63,815 bases of DNA, filler included, from Lenisia limosa (GCA_001655205.1; 13 parts of 13 records of this genome joined end to end with filler, not necessarily neighbours in it); one strand, 5' to 3'. Positions 23,501 to 36,809 are shown, counted from the first letter of the whole stretch. Notes: generated by a model not told the origin, from the letters alone. Made by a program: numbers and translations.

Positions 23501-24280
23501 TCAATCACAATATGATGTGTTTTGTAATACTCAGGCTTTAACTAAATTAAAAAGAAAGACAAAATTTCTCGATAAATCCTCGATAATGTAGATATATTAT
23601 AATACGTCGTTTTCAAACTGGAGCGAAGAAGTAGAAAACAGTTTAATGATGATAGTATGCTTAAAATGAAAGATATGATGTACTCTCTTTCTCAATGAGC
23701 AATGCGTATTAAACGATAAATGAAAACTAGGCAGAAGATGACCCCACCAAAAAACAAAGCACTACAAAGGTACCCAACATACTCCAAAAATGAGTGTGCA
23801 AAGTCAGCGAATTGTTCAGGCGTCTTGAACTGCAAATCACCAAGACGGTCCTACTGCGGTTATCTTGCAAATAGGTATGGGATCAATAATTTGATAACTG
23901 TACATTCATTCATTCAATTTGGATTCCAAATTCATTATTATAAGTCAATTTAGTATCGTTTTTGAAGCACTCAAATCAAAGAGCCTGAAACTCTTTTTAA
24001 AAACCCCACAACCCACCAGGTGACTATGAACTTCCTCCACAATAAAAACAGTCTAAAAGATTACATTTGAAATAGATATCGAAATTAATGTCACGAATTC
24101 CACAAAAAAATAAAATGCATACAAAAGAATGTAACAAAGACTCACCCCGTTCTCTTCAAAGACCTCCAGAATATCAACAGTGGCAACCATGGACGAAAGA
24201 CAGGAAACAAGGGTTGCTGAAGAGATCAGCGCAAAATTAATATATCTCTACTTTAGTGGCACTGAAGAGACTAAAATGAG
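20592..24280 (-). CDS. CMGC/CDK-like pseudokinase with long Ser/Pro/Gln-rich C-terminal tail
   Basis: Spliced: VDILEVFEENG|TVFIVEE.. (IV-V), FLEKTAQLHQNGMSLSSLPPSNITYSNSQVKFKWSL (VIb-VII without HRD or DFG), ITRAPEE (VIII), 22615-22722 DSDSWRVGVHLLTALLGTNTF (IX), 21943-22017 LIGPPLPGDLPF (X), ISQFDPAISELLLKFLRWKPDSRARLSVIL (XI), then a ~340-aa tail. Confidence 0.78.
22352..22434. mobile_element. MITE family 1, in pseudokinase intron
   Basis: GGGCTTCACTTCGGTTC...GAACCGAAGTGAAGC. Confidence 0.85.
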
Positions 24281-27200
24281 TTTAGCATGATTAGGGCCTC
24301 TGCTAACGTAGTGCTAGAGTAGTTATAAAAGTAGCCCCATTATATTTTACAGTGAGTTAAAGATTTCAAATAGGAAAACTGTCTCGCATTTCTGCAGCAC
24401 GTTATTCTTTATTGCGCGTCATATTGATTGACAGAACCCCAAATACAAGACAAGCCCCCTCGAGAGTTGAGCCCGGTTAAAAAGCGCGCGCGAAAGTGAA
24501 TGGTGATTCAATTCTGCTTTTTGGTTCCCTTTTGCAATTTTTGTTAATCTATGATTAATTTATATTTAATGTGTCGTATTGTTCTCAAAAATGAAGATAA
24601 CTTTCGGTTGTTTGACGAAGTATGGAAAACAGTTTTGGTGGAGTTTCCAAATAGTGAGAGTTGTATTGTGTTTCACTTAGAGGAAAAAATTCCGCTTTAT
24701 TAAAACGTAGCCAACACGATGTCTTTTAATATCATCATCATAAAAGAAGCGCAGCTTACCGGGAATGATGGAGGAGGGGTAGAGGTACATCAAAACAGGA
24801 AGGATCTTGTTGTTTGGAGTGTGCAACTCGGCACGAAAGGGACCATACCCCGAATTTGTATTTTCTAATAATTTAAACGTCATTACAAGCCTAAGGGGGA
24901 CAATAGGTGCGCTTAAAAGAACAGCAAATATAAACCTAGCACTATTCCATTCTGATTGAATAAAATATTTAACAAAGCGATCTCATACACTACCAATACT
25001 ACACTTGTAAGGAGGATTGCGCACTTCTTACAAAATCATATATATCTCCGATAATTTTTGAAAACCATCGAAAAATTTAATATTGTTGCTTTCGGGTTCT
25101 GTAAACCTCTTATCATGGTATTTACAGTGGGCAAGGATTTAATTATGGAATATATGTATTTTTCTAAGCTTAAGTAGTTGCTCTTTATGGTAATTGTTCT
25201 GTGATGTTCTTAATGAATGGTTCTCTAAACCCTTCTAGATCCCCATAAATTGTAACTATAGTAATAAATGATAATTTCGCTACTTAATTTACAATTGAAG
25301 GTATCAGAGCTTCTGTCATGGGCACGATCTGTAGTGAACGGTGAATCCGTGGTAGAAGTTGAAGGAGTCGTATGCCGGAAGAAGAAACTATCAAAGCAGC
25401 GCGGATTTCTTTGTAAGCGCTATAATTTCGCACTTTTTCAAGAGTGCGATGTACCTCATGATTACATCTGTAGAATATTTCTTTGTCTTTTATTGTGTTA
25501 TCAATACTCTACTATTCGTGTTCGTTTCACTGATTTTATGTTTAATTTTACTTTTATTTTGTTTATTGATAAGAGAAAGTGCAAAAATATCAAGAGAAGA
25601 GCATTTCCAAGATAAACCTCTTCAGTTTGCATTTTTTGTCCCACTTACAATTCTGAAATTATTTTTTCCATATCACATGAAATGCTGATTTTTATCAGCG
25701 TCATATTTGATGCCCTAATGACCGTCGTAATTTTTGACTGATTTTATGAGGTTTCTTTTCAAAAAAACTGGTCAAGACTTGTCAATTTCATAAACAGTTT
25801 CGCTTTCTTTCCCAAATGGAGGATTTATCAATAATTCAGTCTTTTTTTCACTTTCATCAATAGTTTTGTCTGACCTAGTTAGTTATCTGCGACTCTCCAT
25901 CATCAAAAAAGCCAGGAGTTTGTCAAATCTCTGTTGATTTGGACGTGGAGGTTTGACTGAGGGCTTTTGATGTTTGCTTTTGTTTGTGCACACGGAATAT
26001 TATAGTATATACATATAGATATATATTTTAGGAAACAAATAAATACATCAGGATACCAAATTGCCATAATTCCAGGCCCAAATATGTTGAGATTAGAAAT
26101 ATCAAAGGGTTAGATGTTTGTATAATGTTTGTCATCACCAGAAAAACTAATCAATATTTAGAGATGAGAAATAGAAAGAGATATTGTTGGGTAATAAAAA
26201 TAATTTACCCAAACATTTGTTTTACAACTTTGGTGCATAGATTTTTGCGTACCATCATACAGTATTAGAACTTCACCAATCATTTGCCTTACAATACAGC
26301 CAGAGCCACACCAAACATATCTAAAAGGTTACATCATTGGTGACACTGTCAGGTGAGGTCAAGGTTTATCAGTACGGCTCCGTGCAATTAATTTGTTGAA
26401 GAAAATAATTGCCAAAATTTGAAACTAAAGTGGTGTTCAAGTTACAATATTTCCCCTTGAAATATATTAATTAATATTACACGGGGTTTTTTTTATTAGT
26501 GATTTACTTTTGGTTCCAAAAAGACCCTCAGCTGTTAGAAAAAGAATATCTTGCATTAATTTCCTGATGATCGTTTAAGATGACTATCCTTAGAATGCAA
26601 GACGACTATCACATATAGTACTACAGTACTTCCTTCACACCATGTATCTGGTATATTGACTTGATAGAAATGAATCAACCCAACTTTTAACATTCCAGGA
26701 TATCAGTACGAAGAGTGGAAAATGCCTTCTGCGGTTTGGCCGTCACAAAACCCCTTGTTGTCACTGCTGCCTCTAGCATTCTTTCAATAAGTGGGACCAA
26801 GTTTCTCCATTATATTTTTCATTCATAAAATGTTCAGGAGGGGTAGGGGGGGGGGGGGAGGTGATAGTTGTCTTGCATTCTAACAATATTCTATCCCCCC
26901 TCCCCGGTGCTTCAAAATTGACAAGANNNNNNNNNNNNNNNNNNNNNNNNNNNNNNNNNNNNNNNNNNNNNNNNNNNNNNNNNNNNNAATGAACAATGAG
27001 ATCGGTGCAAATTATTGACAAATTATTGACAAATTATTGAAACATTCGAAGTGGGAATTTCAGACACTTTAATTTCAAATTTTACATTTAATTTCTTCAA
27101 AGAATTAAGGTGGTTCAGTAACTGCTTTATTTGGCACTATTTGGGATAATTTCATAGGGTGGTTTTTCATACCGACTTTCGAGTCGAAATGATGAACGAA

Positions 27201-27384
27201 GATATCACGAGGGTTTATTGCGAGTGTATCAGAGTATCATTGAGACTTGTCGTTCAATTCTCGTACGAGTGGATATGAGGTATCATATCACTGCGTGGAA
27301 AATGATAGTTCACAGTGCTATAATATACATACAGACAAATTTAACCACTAAGTTTTGAACACAAAATATAATAGAATTAGGTCT

Positions 27385-27464
27385 TCCTCAAAAAATGAAT
27401 TTCTTGATAAATCCTCGAAAACTATCGATATTTTACTGGTCTTTTTCGAACCAAAGTGAAGCCC
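27385..27464. mobile_element. MITE family 1, left end degraded
   Basis: Core plus right TIR TTTTCGAACCAAAGTGAAGCCC. Confidence 0.75.
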
Positions 27465-28070
27465 TCAATAGAATAAACAGGAATAATCTTCCCAGCCGAT
27501 CGTAACGCGGTTCTAAGTATCGGGAGGGCTGCACCGATCCCAGCGAAACTCTACAGTAGCCAAAACTGCCACCCGATCAAGTGCCCCTTTTTGGTTGGTC
27601 TAGGAGGGTGTGATTCTTTGGNNNNNNNNNNNNNNNNNNNNNNNNNNNNNNNNNNNNNNNNNNNNNNNNNNNNNNNNNNNNNNNNNNNNNNNNNNNNNNN
27701 NNNNNNNNNNNNNNNNNNNNNNNNNNNTATCAATATTTTTCGTGGATAATCTGCCTTAAACAGTAACTAAGGGCTTCACGCAGGATTGAAAAGATCAGTA
27801 AACATTCGAAATATCATACTGTATCTGATATAGTATATGTATATGATAGATAAGTAGACAGTTTCGAAAAATGCAATCACTATCTGGATAGTGGTTATAA
27901 TAGTAACATTTTCCTTGTGATTCCGTGCAATTCATTTGTTGAAGAACTTGACAAAATTAGAAATCAATGTGTCTGGAATTGTGTTCACAATTCAATATGA
28001 CTTCACATTTTGAAATTTATTTTTCAATTAATTGCACGGGCCCTACTTCATGCCATTTAGAACAAACCAA

Positions 28071-31000
28071 CAGATACAGAGACGGAGCAGGAGATGAAAG
28101 AGTCAAAAGACATCCAAGAAGAGACAAGTTCACAGCCCAAGGTAGTTATTGACATAGGGTGAAATATTTTGAACAAGAGAAACATTACTTTAAAAATCTA
28201 TGGAAATAAATAAAATGGGATATCATAGATACAAATTATCATGTTGATATGTACAACATAGAAGTGTCATAATTTCAGCAGTATGAGACAAGTCAACAAT
28301 CCAAGTCATGCGTTTTCTTATCTCTTTAGAAGATTGGCGTTACAATCGGCGACCAACATTCCCAGCCGTTTAACCTGGAAACTGATCATGTCATGCAATC
28401 AAGTGAGGTGGGGGCATTTCTGGAGTGTTTTGTAGCAGAGCTTCACTTTCAGTCCCAAATGTCATGTATAGTATTGAACGTAGAGTTGTCTTATTTTAAG
28501 TATGTTATAGAACCGAAAATATGAAGCTCTAGATTTTCATGTAATGAAGGAATAACGTTGTTTTAAAGTCCAATCAACAATTATCTATAAATAGAGATGA
28601 GAAATAAAAAAGAAGCCGTTCATCCACACAGTCCCGCTTATTAGAAATGAAAACTGTGCTGCTTTTGTATGATCACTAACCAAAAAGTGACATATTGAAA
28701 AAAGTTCGGGCACCGATAGGATAGCAGTATGTGAATTAGGGCTTCACTTCGGTTCGAAAATACTTGTAAACTATCGATAATTTTCGAGGATTCATCAAGA
28801 AATTCAGTCCTTTTTCGAACTAAAGTGAAGCCCTCACCTCATACTGTTCCTTAATCCTCCGTATTCATGTAATTGCACAAGGTCTTAATATTGTTACATA
28901 CGGAAGGTCATGACTAATTTGTTCAGATCTCTGTAAAGCGTTTATCAACACCGGAAAGTGTCCAAAGTAGGATCACCCTGTTAAAATCTATGGTATTTCC
29001 AAATTATGTATGTATACATAGCGATATGTACCTATTGACTTAATTCCAGAGGTGACAGCTGCAAGTTCTATCACCCATTCACGTAAGTTCCTGGGTTTTT
29101 ATCTATTTCCTCACTTTTGCCCGGAAAAGACCGAAATATATCGGCATATTTCGAGTATTTATCTCGATATCACTAGTGGATATGGGACAACATAAAACCA
29201 TCAAAATTGCCCTCATAGGAACTCTAGTAATATTATGATAATTAGGGATTCACTTCGGTTCGGAACATACCGGTAAAATATCTATAATTTTCGACGATTA
29301 ATCGATAGATTCAGTCTTTGTTTTGAATCGACGATTTATCAATAGATTCAGTCTTTTTTTGAGCTTAACTAACTATTCATTTCAGTCCGAAAAATATTGG
29401 TAAACATCAGAAAATATCGAAATACAATATATTCGAGATATTTGGTGATTTATTTTATCATATTGAAGTCTAACAAATAACACACTGAAAACCCTTAGCT
29501 TTTTATTGTTCAGTACGGAAGAGTTGAAGAAAGTTCGAACAGAATGGGTCAAGAAAAGACGCGAGCAAAAGGTGAGATTATTTGTGAATTATATGAGTTA
29601 TTTTGGTTTGAGTGAAAGGTCACTTGAATTCTACTGATATTTGGAGCAAGTCAATATTTAATGTGTACACTGACCTGGATAAGTTTTTAACAATTTTCCT
29701 TGGAGAAATCAAAGAGCAAATCGTTGAAGGTTTATCCAGGTCACTAAATAATATTTGATAAGTTGTTTGTTTGGAGTTTCAGATTATTCGGTTCGTGATT
29801 GATACCTTTACGCCTGTATTCTTCATCGAAATTTCCTTCGTTTTACCCCCCAGGCCCAATTGTCACTTGATGGAGATCCGCTTGAGTCCCACGCCCCCCA
29901 TGGAGATAGGGCGGGAGTGGTGGCCTCGTGGCTTTGTGACACATTTGGCCTGGAGTACCTGAGAAGGACAGGTGTTGCGGATATTGCCGGTTGGTTGTTG
30001 GTTCAGTTAGTTTGAATTGGGTATTTTGAATTGGGTAATGCGCTTATTCATTACTAAGGCTTCACTTCGGTTCGGGAAAATATCGATAGTTTTCGAGGAT
30101 TTATCGAGAAATTCAGTCTTTTTTCGAACCGAAGTAAGCCCTATTCATTACTTTTCTTGTGGGGGGGTAGGGTAGTTGTGCCCTACTATTAAGCCTTTGC
30201 TGTCTGCAATTCCAACTTTCTGGCACCTCCTGAATCTGTGACATAAGACGGATTGAGGAGGGCCTGCCTGAATTATTATACAGGGGCTATTGTCATTCCG
30301 GGTGTTTGCTTAATTGGGGAGATCGAGCTATGTTAGCTACATCAGGTTCCAAGGATATTAAGCAAAGTGTATTAAGGAAAGTATACGTTTTTCAGGATAG
30401 GGATGGTATTAATTCTGTGATTATGCGAGGGGGTGGTGGCATATGTGATTAAATTGGGTAATTAACATTTTCAGGAGGAAGGGGAGACCTTGCTTTTGAG
30501 TTAAAAGTCTACCATGGGATCCCCACCACCACCTTCGACCCTGTATGTTTGGGTTTTCAAATTAGGTGGCAAAATTTTAAAGACCTTGTATAATTACTTT
30601 TTTTAGGATATTTATTGGCACAATTTTTTTTAATTAAGTGTCTGAAATAGAATTGTTTTATTATATTTCCCACTTCAGATTTGGCTCAATTAATTGAAAG
30701 GAGTTCAACAATTTAAGGAAAAGAATAAAAACCCAATTACCTCATTTCACAGCGTCCACAAAAGCTGAATAAGGCACAGCATCGGTATATGAGGGCTCAC
30801 CCTGACACTGTTTTACCCAGGCACATTCAAATTGAAGTCAAACCTGAGGTAAGACAGTAGTCTCCAGATTCCTCAATTTTTAACATGCCTTTTTGGAATC
30901 ATGAGCTGAGAAGAGAGATGTTAAGACAAAAGATAAGTTTATCGAGAAATTCAGCTAACCAAAGTGAAGCCCTACTTCTTCTCATACATTACAGACATAC

Positions 31001-32424
31001 GACCATGAAGACGTTGCGGATTGCCTGGCCAATCGAGTAGTTGTCGGTAAGAGGTGTATGTTTTCATGTATTGTTAAGGGCTTCACTTTTGCGGGTTTGA
31101 AAAAATACTGAATTTCTCGATAAATCCTCGAAAACTATTGATATTTTCCCGGCTTTTTCGAACCGAAATGAAACCCTAGTATTTTTATTAAATAATTATA
31201 ATCAGAATTAATTAGAGACTCTGAAATGGATTGCTTTTGGTCATTATATTGAGTCCTGTAAATAATGCAGTATCCTGGTAAAATATCATCAACAGTACCC
31301 AATTAGTGACTCTTTCGTTAATAGTACAATTGTGTACAGTGAACGGGATACGTCTTGACCGATTTTCAACGTAATTTCCCAGGGAAATTTGGTCAAAACT
31401 TATCCTGGTCACTGTGAAGAAACGGCGTCCCTATAAAAACCATAAATATGGGGGAAAAATTTCACCTCTGACAATGTTTACTTCGGAATCATGTTCATTT
31501 TTCAAGATAATAAAAATATCCAACACAATCCAATAAAATACACGTTGAGTTGATTTCTTTAGGACTCCACCCTGATCAAGCTACCGAGGCAATAGTGGAT
31601 GCTGCTGTGACCTACAATGCACCGTGCGCCATTATTCCCTGTGTAGGCCGGAGGAGGTGATTTCCTTACAGTAATATAAACTCCCACCACAACCGACACC
31701 ATGAACGGCTTCACTCCGGTTCAAAAAAAAGACTGAATCTATCGTTAATCTTCGAAACTTTCAATATTTTACCGAAGTGAAGCCCTAGTTGTGGGTATTG
31801 TTGAGGGACAATTAATCATATTATAAGCACGGGAGTTGGTACCGACGAGGTTAAATCATATCTATATTATAGTCTATATCATATATCATCTATCAAGTAT
31901 TATTTACATTTATGAAGTATTTCTCTGAAAGACAAACTTAAATAATTAAATACGGCCTCCTCATAAACCTGACAATTTAGTGCGTATTTTCTGATGACTT
32001 TCCTCACAGGCGACTTCCTCCGTTAATAGGTTAGCTACTGGGGTTTTGGACAGCCTCTTCAGGCTCCAAGTCTTGGTTTATTATGGGTAAGTCCACATTC
32101 ATATTATGGTCGAATATCCTTGATTGCACTACGGGGCATCGACTTGGGATTCCCTTGTTTTTGTTCCAATTATAATATTAATTCCAAGGTCCCATGTTAA
32201 TAATAGGAATTCCAAGTTGTTCAAGAATCCCAAGCCCCAGATACTTTCTTGCACTTATCTCATATCTTTTAGAAGGGGGGCAGCAACGAAAGGTGTCATC
32301 ATATGACGACCTAGTGGAGTATATCAAAGGCAGAGTGAAAGGCGATGTAGCTTACCTCCCGTTTCAAGGCAAGAATCGAGCTATTTATAATACACAGTGT
32401 GAGGCGAAGTCGCTTTCACTCTAA
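28071..32424 (+). CDS. CCCH zinc finger + class I SAM-methyltransferase-like (Methyltransf_32-type) protein; start not located
   Basis: Spliced CKAFINTGKCPK|GDSCKFYH (C-x8-C-x5-C-x3-H), EWVKKRR, DRAGVVASWLCDTFGLEYLRRTGVADIAG, RPQKLNK, GLHPDQATEAIVDAA...PCAIIPC|CVFSDDFPHR, VSSYDDLVEYI...LPFQGKNRAIY...TAA at 32422-32424. Confidence 0.8.
28739..28833. mobile_element. MITE family 1, intronic
   Basis: TA|GGGCTTCACTTCGGTTCGAAAA...TTTTCGAACTAAAGTGAAGCCC. Confidence 0.88.
29668..29746. mobile_element. MITE family 2, intronic
   Basis: TA|CACTGACCTGGATAAG...TTTATCCAGGTCACTA. Confidence 0.75.
29817..29853 (+). repeat. Solo I3R terminal motif forming an acceptor on a plus-strand gene
   Basis: TATTCTTCATCGAAATTTCCTTCGTTTTACCCCCCAG|GCC, near-identical to the acceptors at 566 and 18419. 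Confidence 0.75.
30057..30141. mobile_element. MITE family 1, intronic (further partial copies at ~29245-29360 and ~30935-30972)
   Basis: AGGCTTCACTTCGGTTCG...CGAACCGAAGTAAGCCC|TA. Confidence 0.85.
31078..31176. mobile_element. MITE family 1, intronic
   Basis: GGGCTTCACTTT...CGAACCGAAATGAAACCC|TA with intact core. Confidence 0.82.
31337..31414. mobile_element. MITE family 2, intronic
   Basis: TA|CAGTGAACGGGATACGTCTTGACC...GGTCAAAACTTATCCTGGTCACTG, 78 bp. Confidence 0.8.
31706..31785. mobile_element. MITE family 1, intronic
   Basis: CGGCTTCACTCCGGT...ACCGAAGTGAAGCCC|TA. Confidence 0.82.
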
Positions 32425-32759
32425 ATGTTGGGTGTTTTAGTTATTTTTTGATAATATGGTAAGTGTTTCATCTGACTCACTCTGGGTTTTGCTTTTTCAA
32501 AAAGTTAGGAACTGCTTATATGATATGATATTATTGAGACTGCTTCCATCATATTATACATATGATATGATGTAGTAGGGCTTGCCTACTACGGAATTTN
32601 NNNNNNNNNNNNNNNNNNNNNNNNNNNNNNNNNNNNNNNNNNNTTAATTAATTAANNNNNNNNNNNNNNNNNNNNNNNNNNNNNNNNNNNNNNNNNNNNC
32701 CACCTCTGTCTATAACCTCCCCTCCCCCCATCCCCTCTTCCCCACTTCCGCTCTTCTAG

Positions 32760-34034
32760 GAATTCACAGTACATATAGAGTATGGCTTCCCATTTTTGTT
32801 TAACCTCTCCAGAAAATCACGAAGGAGACAGAATGTACAGCTGTTGGTTTGGCCCAGTTTGCCTACCCCGTCGACATTGCCAACTCCTGCAGATATCGCG
32901 TGGAGGACACTCTGAGGTTGGTGATGGCTGTTACAATTCGTAATATTTCACTGTTGCTTCTTTTTCTTCATTTTTGCACTACTACTGCGTATATGAGTGA
33001 ACCTTGCCAATAGAGCTGATTGTGATGTATCTTCGCGAGTACTAGTGGTTTTGTTTTATCTCAAAATAAATATCTTTTGTGAGAGTTTCTTCCTTTGTGG
33101 CTTTCTTAACTTCTTAGAACTATTGGCCGCACCCAGATCGAAAAGGCCAAAACAGACGTTGTCAGGAAGGAGGTTATCTCAAGTGAAAAAATGAAGGTAT
33201 GCAAGAAAGGTCAGAAATGAATGTAAAGGCGAGGAAGGACTCTCAGTCTTTCTCCGGGGTGAAGGTCAATCAATAGGTGGTTTATTGACTTATTTCTGTA
33301 CATGAGAGGGACATTTAAGATTGGGTGAATTACTATTATCCCGCTGAATATGTTTTGCGAATAGCTTCAGATCAAACGTGGTTGTTGACTCTTTAGATTC
33401 ATTTTGAGGACAACCCAGATCAATTAGATCAGCTCAAACGTGATAGTGGTACGCTTTGGTTACAAAATCAGAATTCGCTATCTTTTCTCTACTACCTCTA
33501 CAAAGCTATTTTTTTTTAATACACTGACCTTAGTAAGTTTTGAAAACTATAAACAAATGGAGAGAATGGGCTCCATTGATCTCACCATTCAGCTATCCAA
33601 ACCCATCTGAACAAGCCCCATCTCAAGCGCCTCCCTGCTTATCTCGAGAAGAACGGTTGGAGGGAGGCAACAGAGTATGATATGATAAATGATGAGGTCT
33701 ACTAAAACGATGCAATAAGCTATGATGGCTCAATAGTAAGGGACACTTCTATTATTAGGGTTGACATGCGCACGTATTGCCCAGTCTAAGATTTACGTTT
33801 TATCTTATCAACTTCTTGAGTATTTAATCTAGCCCCCGAAATTCTCTTTTATGTGATTATTTTCTTTTTCTCCAGAATTTGATTCTCGTAATAATAAATA
33901 TCCACTATCTCCTCCATCACGGCCTAGTGGCCAAGAAGAAGAAGGTCATGTCGGATGAGCGACGAACGAAACCGAAACATGGTGGAAACAGAGGCAAACC
34001 CGGCAAGAAGACTGGGGCGAAACCAAAAAGGAAG
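32760..34034 (+). CDS. DDX56: DEAD-box RNA helicase DDX56/DBP9, C-terminal part
   Basis: Spliced FAYPVDIANSCRYRVEDTLRTIGRTQIEKAKTDVVRKEVISSEKMK|IHFEDNPDQLDQLKRDS|AIQTHLNKPHLKRLPAYL then a Lys-rich tail; matches the RYR..DA.R.V...I..A....I..E...SEKLK..FEDNP..L..L.HD...KPHL..VP.YL signature. Confidence 0.88.
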
Positions 34035-34359
34035 GTTTGGGGAGGGGGGTCAAAAGGGTGGTTGGAGCGTTGTAAGGGAAGAAGACAGGGTTTTATCATC
34101 ATATGGTAAAAACAGTGTTTCTTTTATATGAAAGTGTCAACGGGGCTGTTATGATAGCATTGGGTTCCATTTCGAATTAACAACTTCACTTAGTATTTCC
34201 CCTTTTCCTCAACCTCATCCCCCAGAACCCTCTCACTTCCTTCTCTGCAAACTAAGTCGTGTGGATGGTGTCAGTTTTCTTTGTGTTTTTCTATGGTATC
34301 TAGTTTCCAATTCATTTCATTGTGCAAAACGAGGAAGCCAATTGCATTTAGACCCTCTC

Positions 34360-34431
34360 CCAACAACGAGCTTCACCCCAACCCCGAGCTTCACCCCAAC
34401 CCCGAGCTTCACCCCAACAACGAGCTTCACC
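34360..34431. repeat. 18-bp tandem repeat (4 units, runs into a gap)
   Basis: (AAC(A/C)(A/C)CGAGCTTCACCCC)n. Confidence 0.9.
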
Positions 34432-36809
34432 NNNNNNNNNNNNNNNNNNNNNNNNNNNNNNNNNNNNNNNNNNNNNNNNNNNNNNNNNNNNNNNNTTGTT
34501 CTCTTAGAGCTGGGTCGCTGTTAAAGGAAATGAAAAATGGGGGGGGGGGGTCTAAATCCAAAGATCAAAATGTTTTAAAAAACACCACCAGTAAATTTTC
34601 AATTTTGTATTGGTATTGTTACAGCGCTTTCAACAGTGTTGGATGTGATGTAATTAGGGTCCTTGTCGACCTCAGTCGAGACTCCCTTTGAAATTAAAAA
34701 TACGGACATCCTGAATAACAACAAATAGTGGAGAAAGTAATGTTTGGATATGTGCGTTACAATAAAAATTGGGGTCTTGAAACACTTGAAATGTGGTAGC
34801 AATATCTCTGACTTCAATTCGACGTTTTTTTTATTATTATTCACTTTGAAAATGGTCAAATTAATGAAGTGGTTGATCAAACTATCAACAATAGCAATGT
34901 TCGTCCATTCATCTTTTTTCATTAATAAACTTCAAAACAATAACAGCCAGCGTTACACCAAATAAAAGGTTGGTAAAGCTTGGGAAGATTCATTCTTTAC
35001 AATATACTCAAAACAGCCGTTGCAAACAACAGTCAGTTGACTCCCAATCGCCAGAATTTGTAGGATCTCTGAAAAATAAGTAAAAACTTGAGAGACTTTT
35101 TATCATACAAAATGTTTGGACATTTTCAAGTAAACGCACTAATTTCTGCGATCATCTATCATATTAATGAATAATACTTTCTTCTTTATTATATTATAAG
35201 TATCTTTTATACATTACCCTATAGAGTGGTAGTCATTAGAGTTCTGGGCTAATTCTCTGAAGAGGGAAAACAGCGTCTGGCCTCTCTGTGTCGAATTGAG
35301 ATGAGTATTCTCTTCAAGATAGAAATATATTAAAGTTGATTTTGTCTTTTATGTCAAACCTGAGATGCATAATCAGAAAGAAACTGAGTCATTTGCTTGT
35401 CTTTCTCTAAATTTGTCAAAGAAAAGAAAAACAACTCTTTAAAATTTAGTTGTCACTGCTGAAATCAAATGATCAACTGTTGCATGTGTGTGATTTGATT
35501 GATTTGATGATTGTGTTGAATTTTTCCAATAACCAAATAGTGAAAGTGCCGCTTACTAAATAATACGGTCTGCTTGGTAGCTGTCATTGAGGTTATGGCG
35601 CTAAACGGTCAGAAAACATCTTTTCCCATAGCAAGGTCATTAAAATACAACATGCAAATTCTGACGTTGAAATACAATGATTCAAAAGATATTAATATAT
35701 GAACCTCAGAATATTGAGAATAAACTGATTTAACACACAACATACTCTTCCCAGGTAGCTTGTGAGGCTATCCGGAGTCAAAATAGTGTTTTTGAAGAAC
35801 TTATCAGGAACATAACCAGTGCAACAAAGAGCGTAAATTCTTAAATATGTTTAATTTAGTGTCATAATTCGTAATTCTGTCTAAGTCTGCCAAGCAAATC
35901 AAACAGGCCTACCTTGAGGCAATAATCTTTTGAAAATTAGCGTAAAGGCCATCTGAATTACGGTTATTTTCAAGATGGGAATGAATGCATGGCATTAGTA
36001 TCAGAAAATAAAGGCATACAGGAGGTTTAGGATCAAACCCGGTTAGTCCGTCTTCGGAATAGGAATAGCTTCTTATTTGTAATCTGAAGAAATCGAGGTG
36101 AATGAAGACAAATCAATACAATTTCACAAATGGGGGTGGTTGGTATATCATATCATAGTATATGTAGTTGGCAAAATCATTATCATGATAAGTTAAAAGG
36201 GACAATGGAAAGAGGAGAGAGATGAGTCTTGCGAGAAGATTAACACTCACATGGATCATGGAGAACTATGGTATTATGAAACTACACAACCCCTCATTAC
36301 CTATTCTGGCTAAGATCACTGAACCACCAACAAAGCCGAACTTGCAAGGTGTGATTCAACGAGTAAAGTGAGACAATCAATGGCAAAATAGACGTTCAAT
36401 GATTTTTTTGTTCATATTCATCAGATATCAATGAAAGCCATTGCATCAAGGAGTCCATTTTCCATCTTTTTAATATATTAGAATTGCTGGTGTGTACGAT
36501 AATTGGCCAGTAGTTTTCAAACAATATCTGGGAAAGCCATTCTGTGACCCTGTAATCTGGTTTATCCTGTACTGAGTTTATGGTGATTTGCCGTTTATTT
36601 GAGTTCTTTTTGGCGGTTTTCAACAGAAGAAAGGATACATTTCCAACTTAAGACTAGAATCACAAATATATGATATATTATATACTATATATAGATATAT
36701 TATATACTANNNNNNNNNNNNNNNNNNNNNNNNNNNNNNNNNNNNNNNNNNNNTTAATTAATTAANNNNNNNNNNNNNNNNNNNNNNNNNNNNNNNNNNN
36801 NNNNNNNNN

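Noticed and set aside
34360-34431. Short tandem arrays (also 721-865, 5531-5578, 52700-52760, 61820-61885) as CRISPR-like arrays
   Set aside because: Units are contiguous with no unique spacers, in a eukaryotic intronic or intergenic context.
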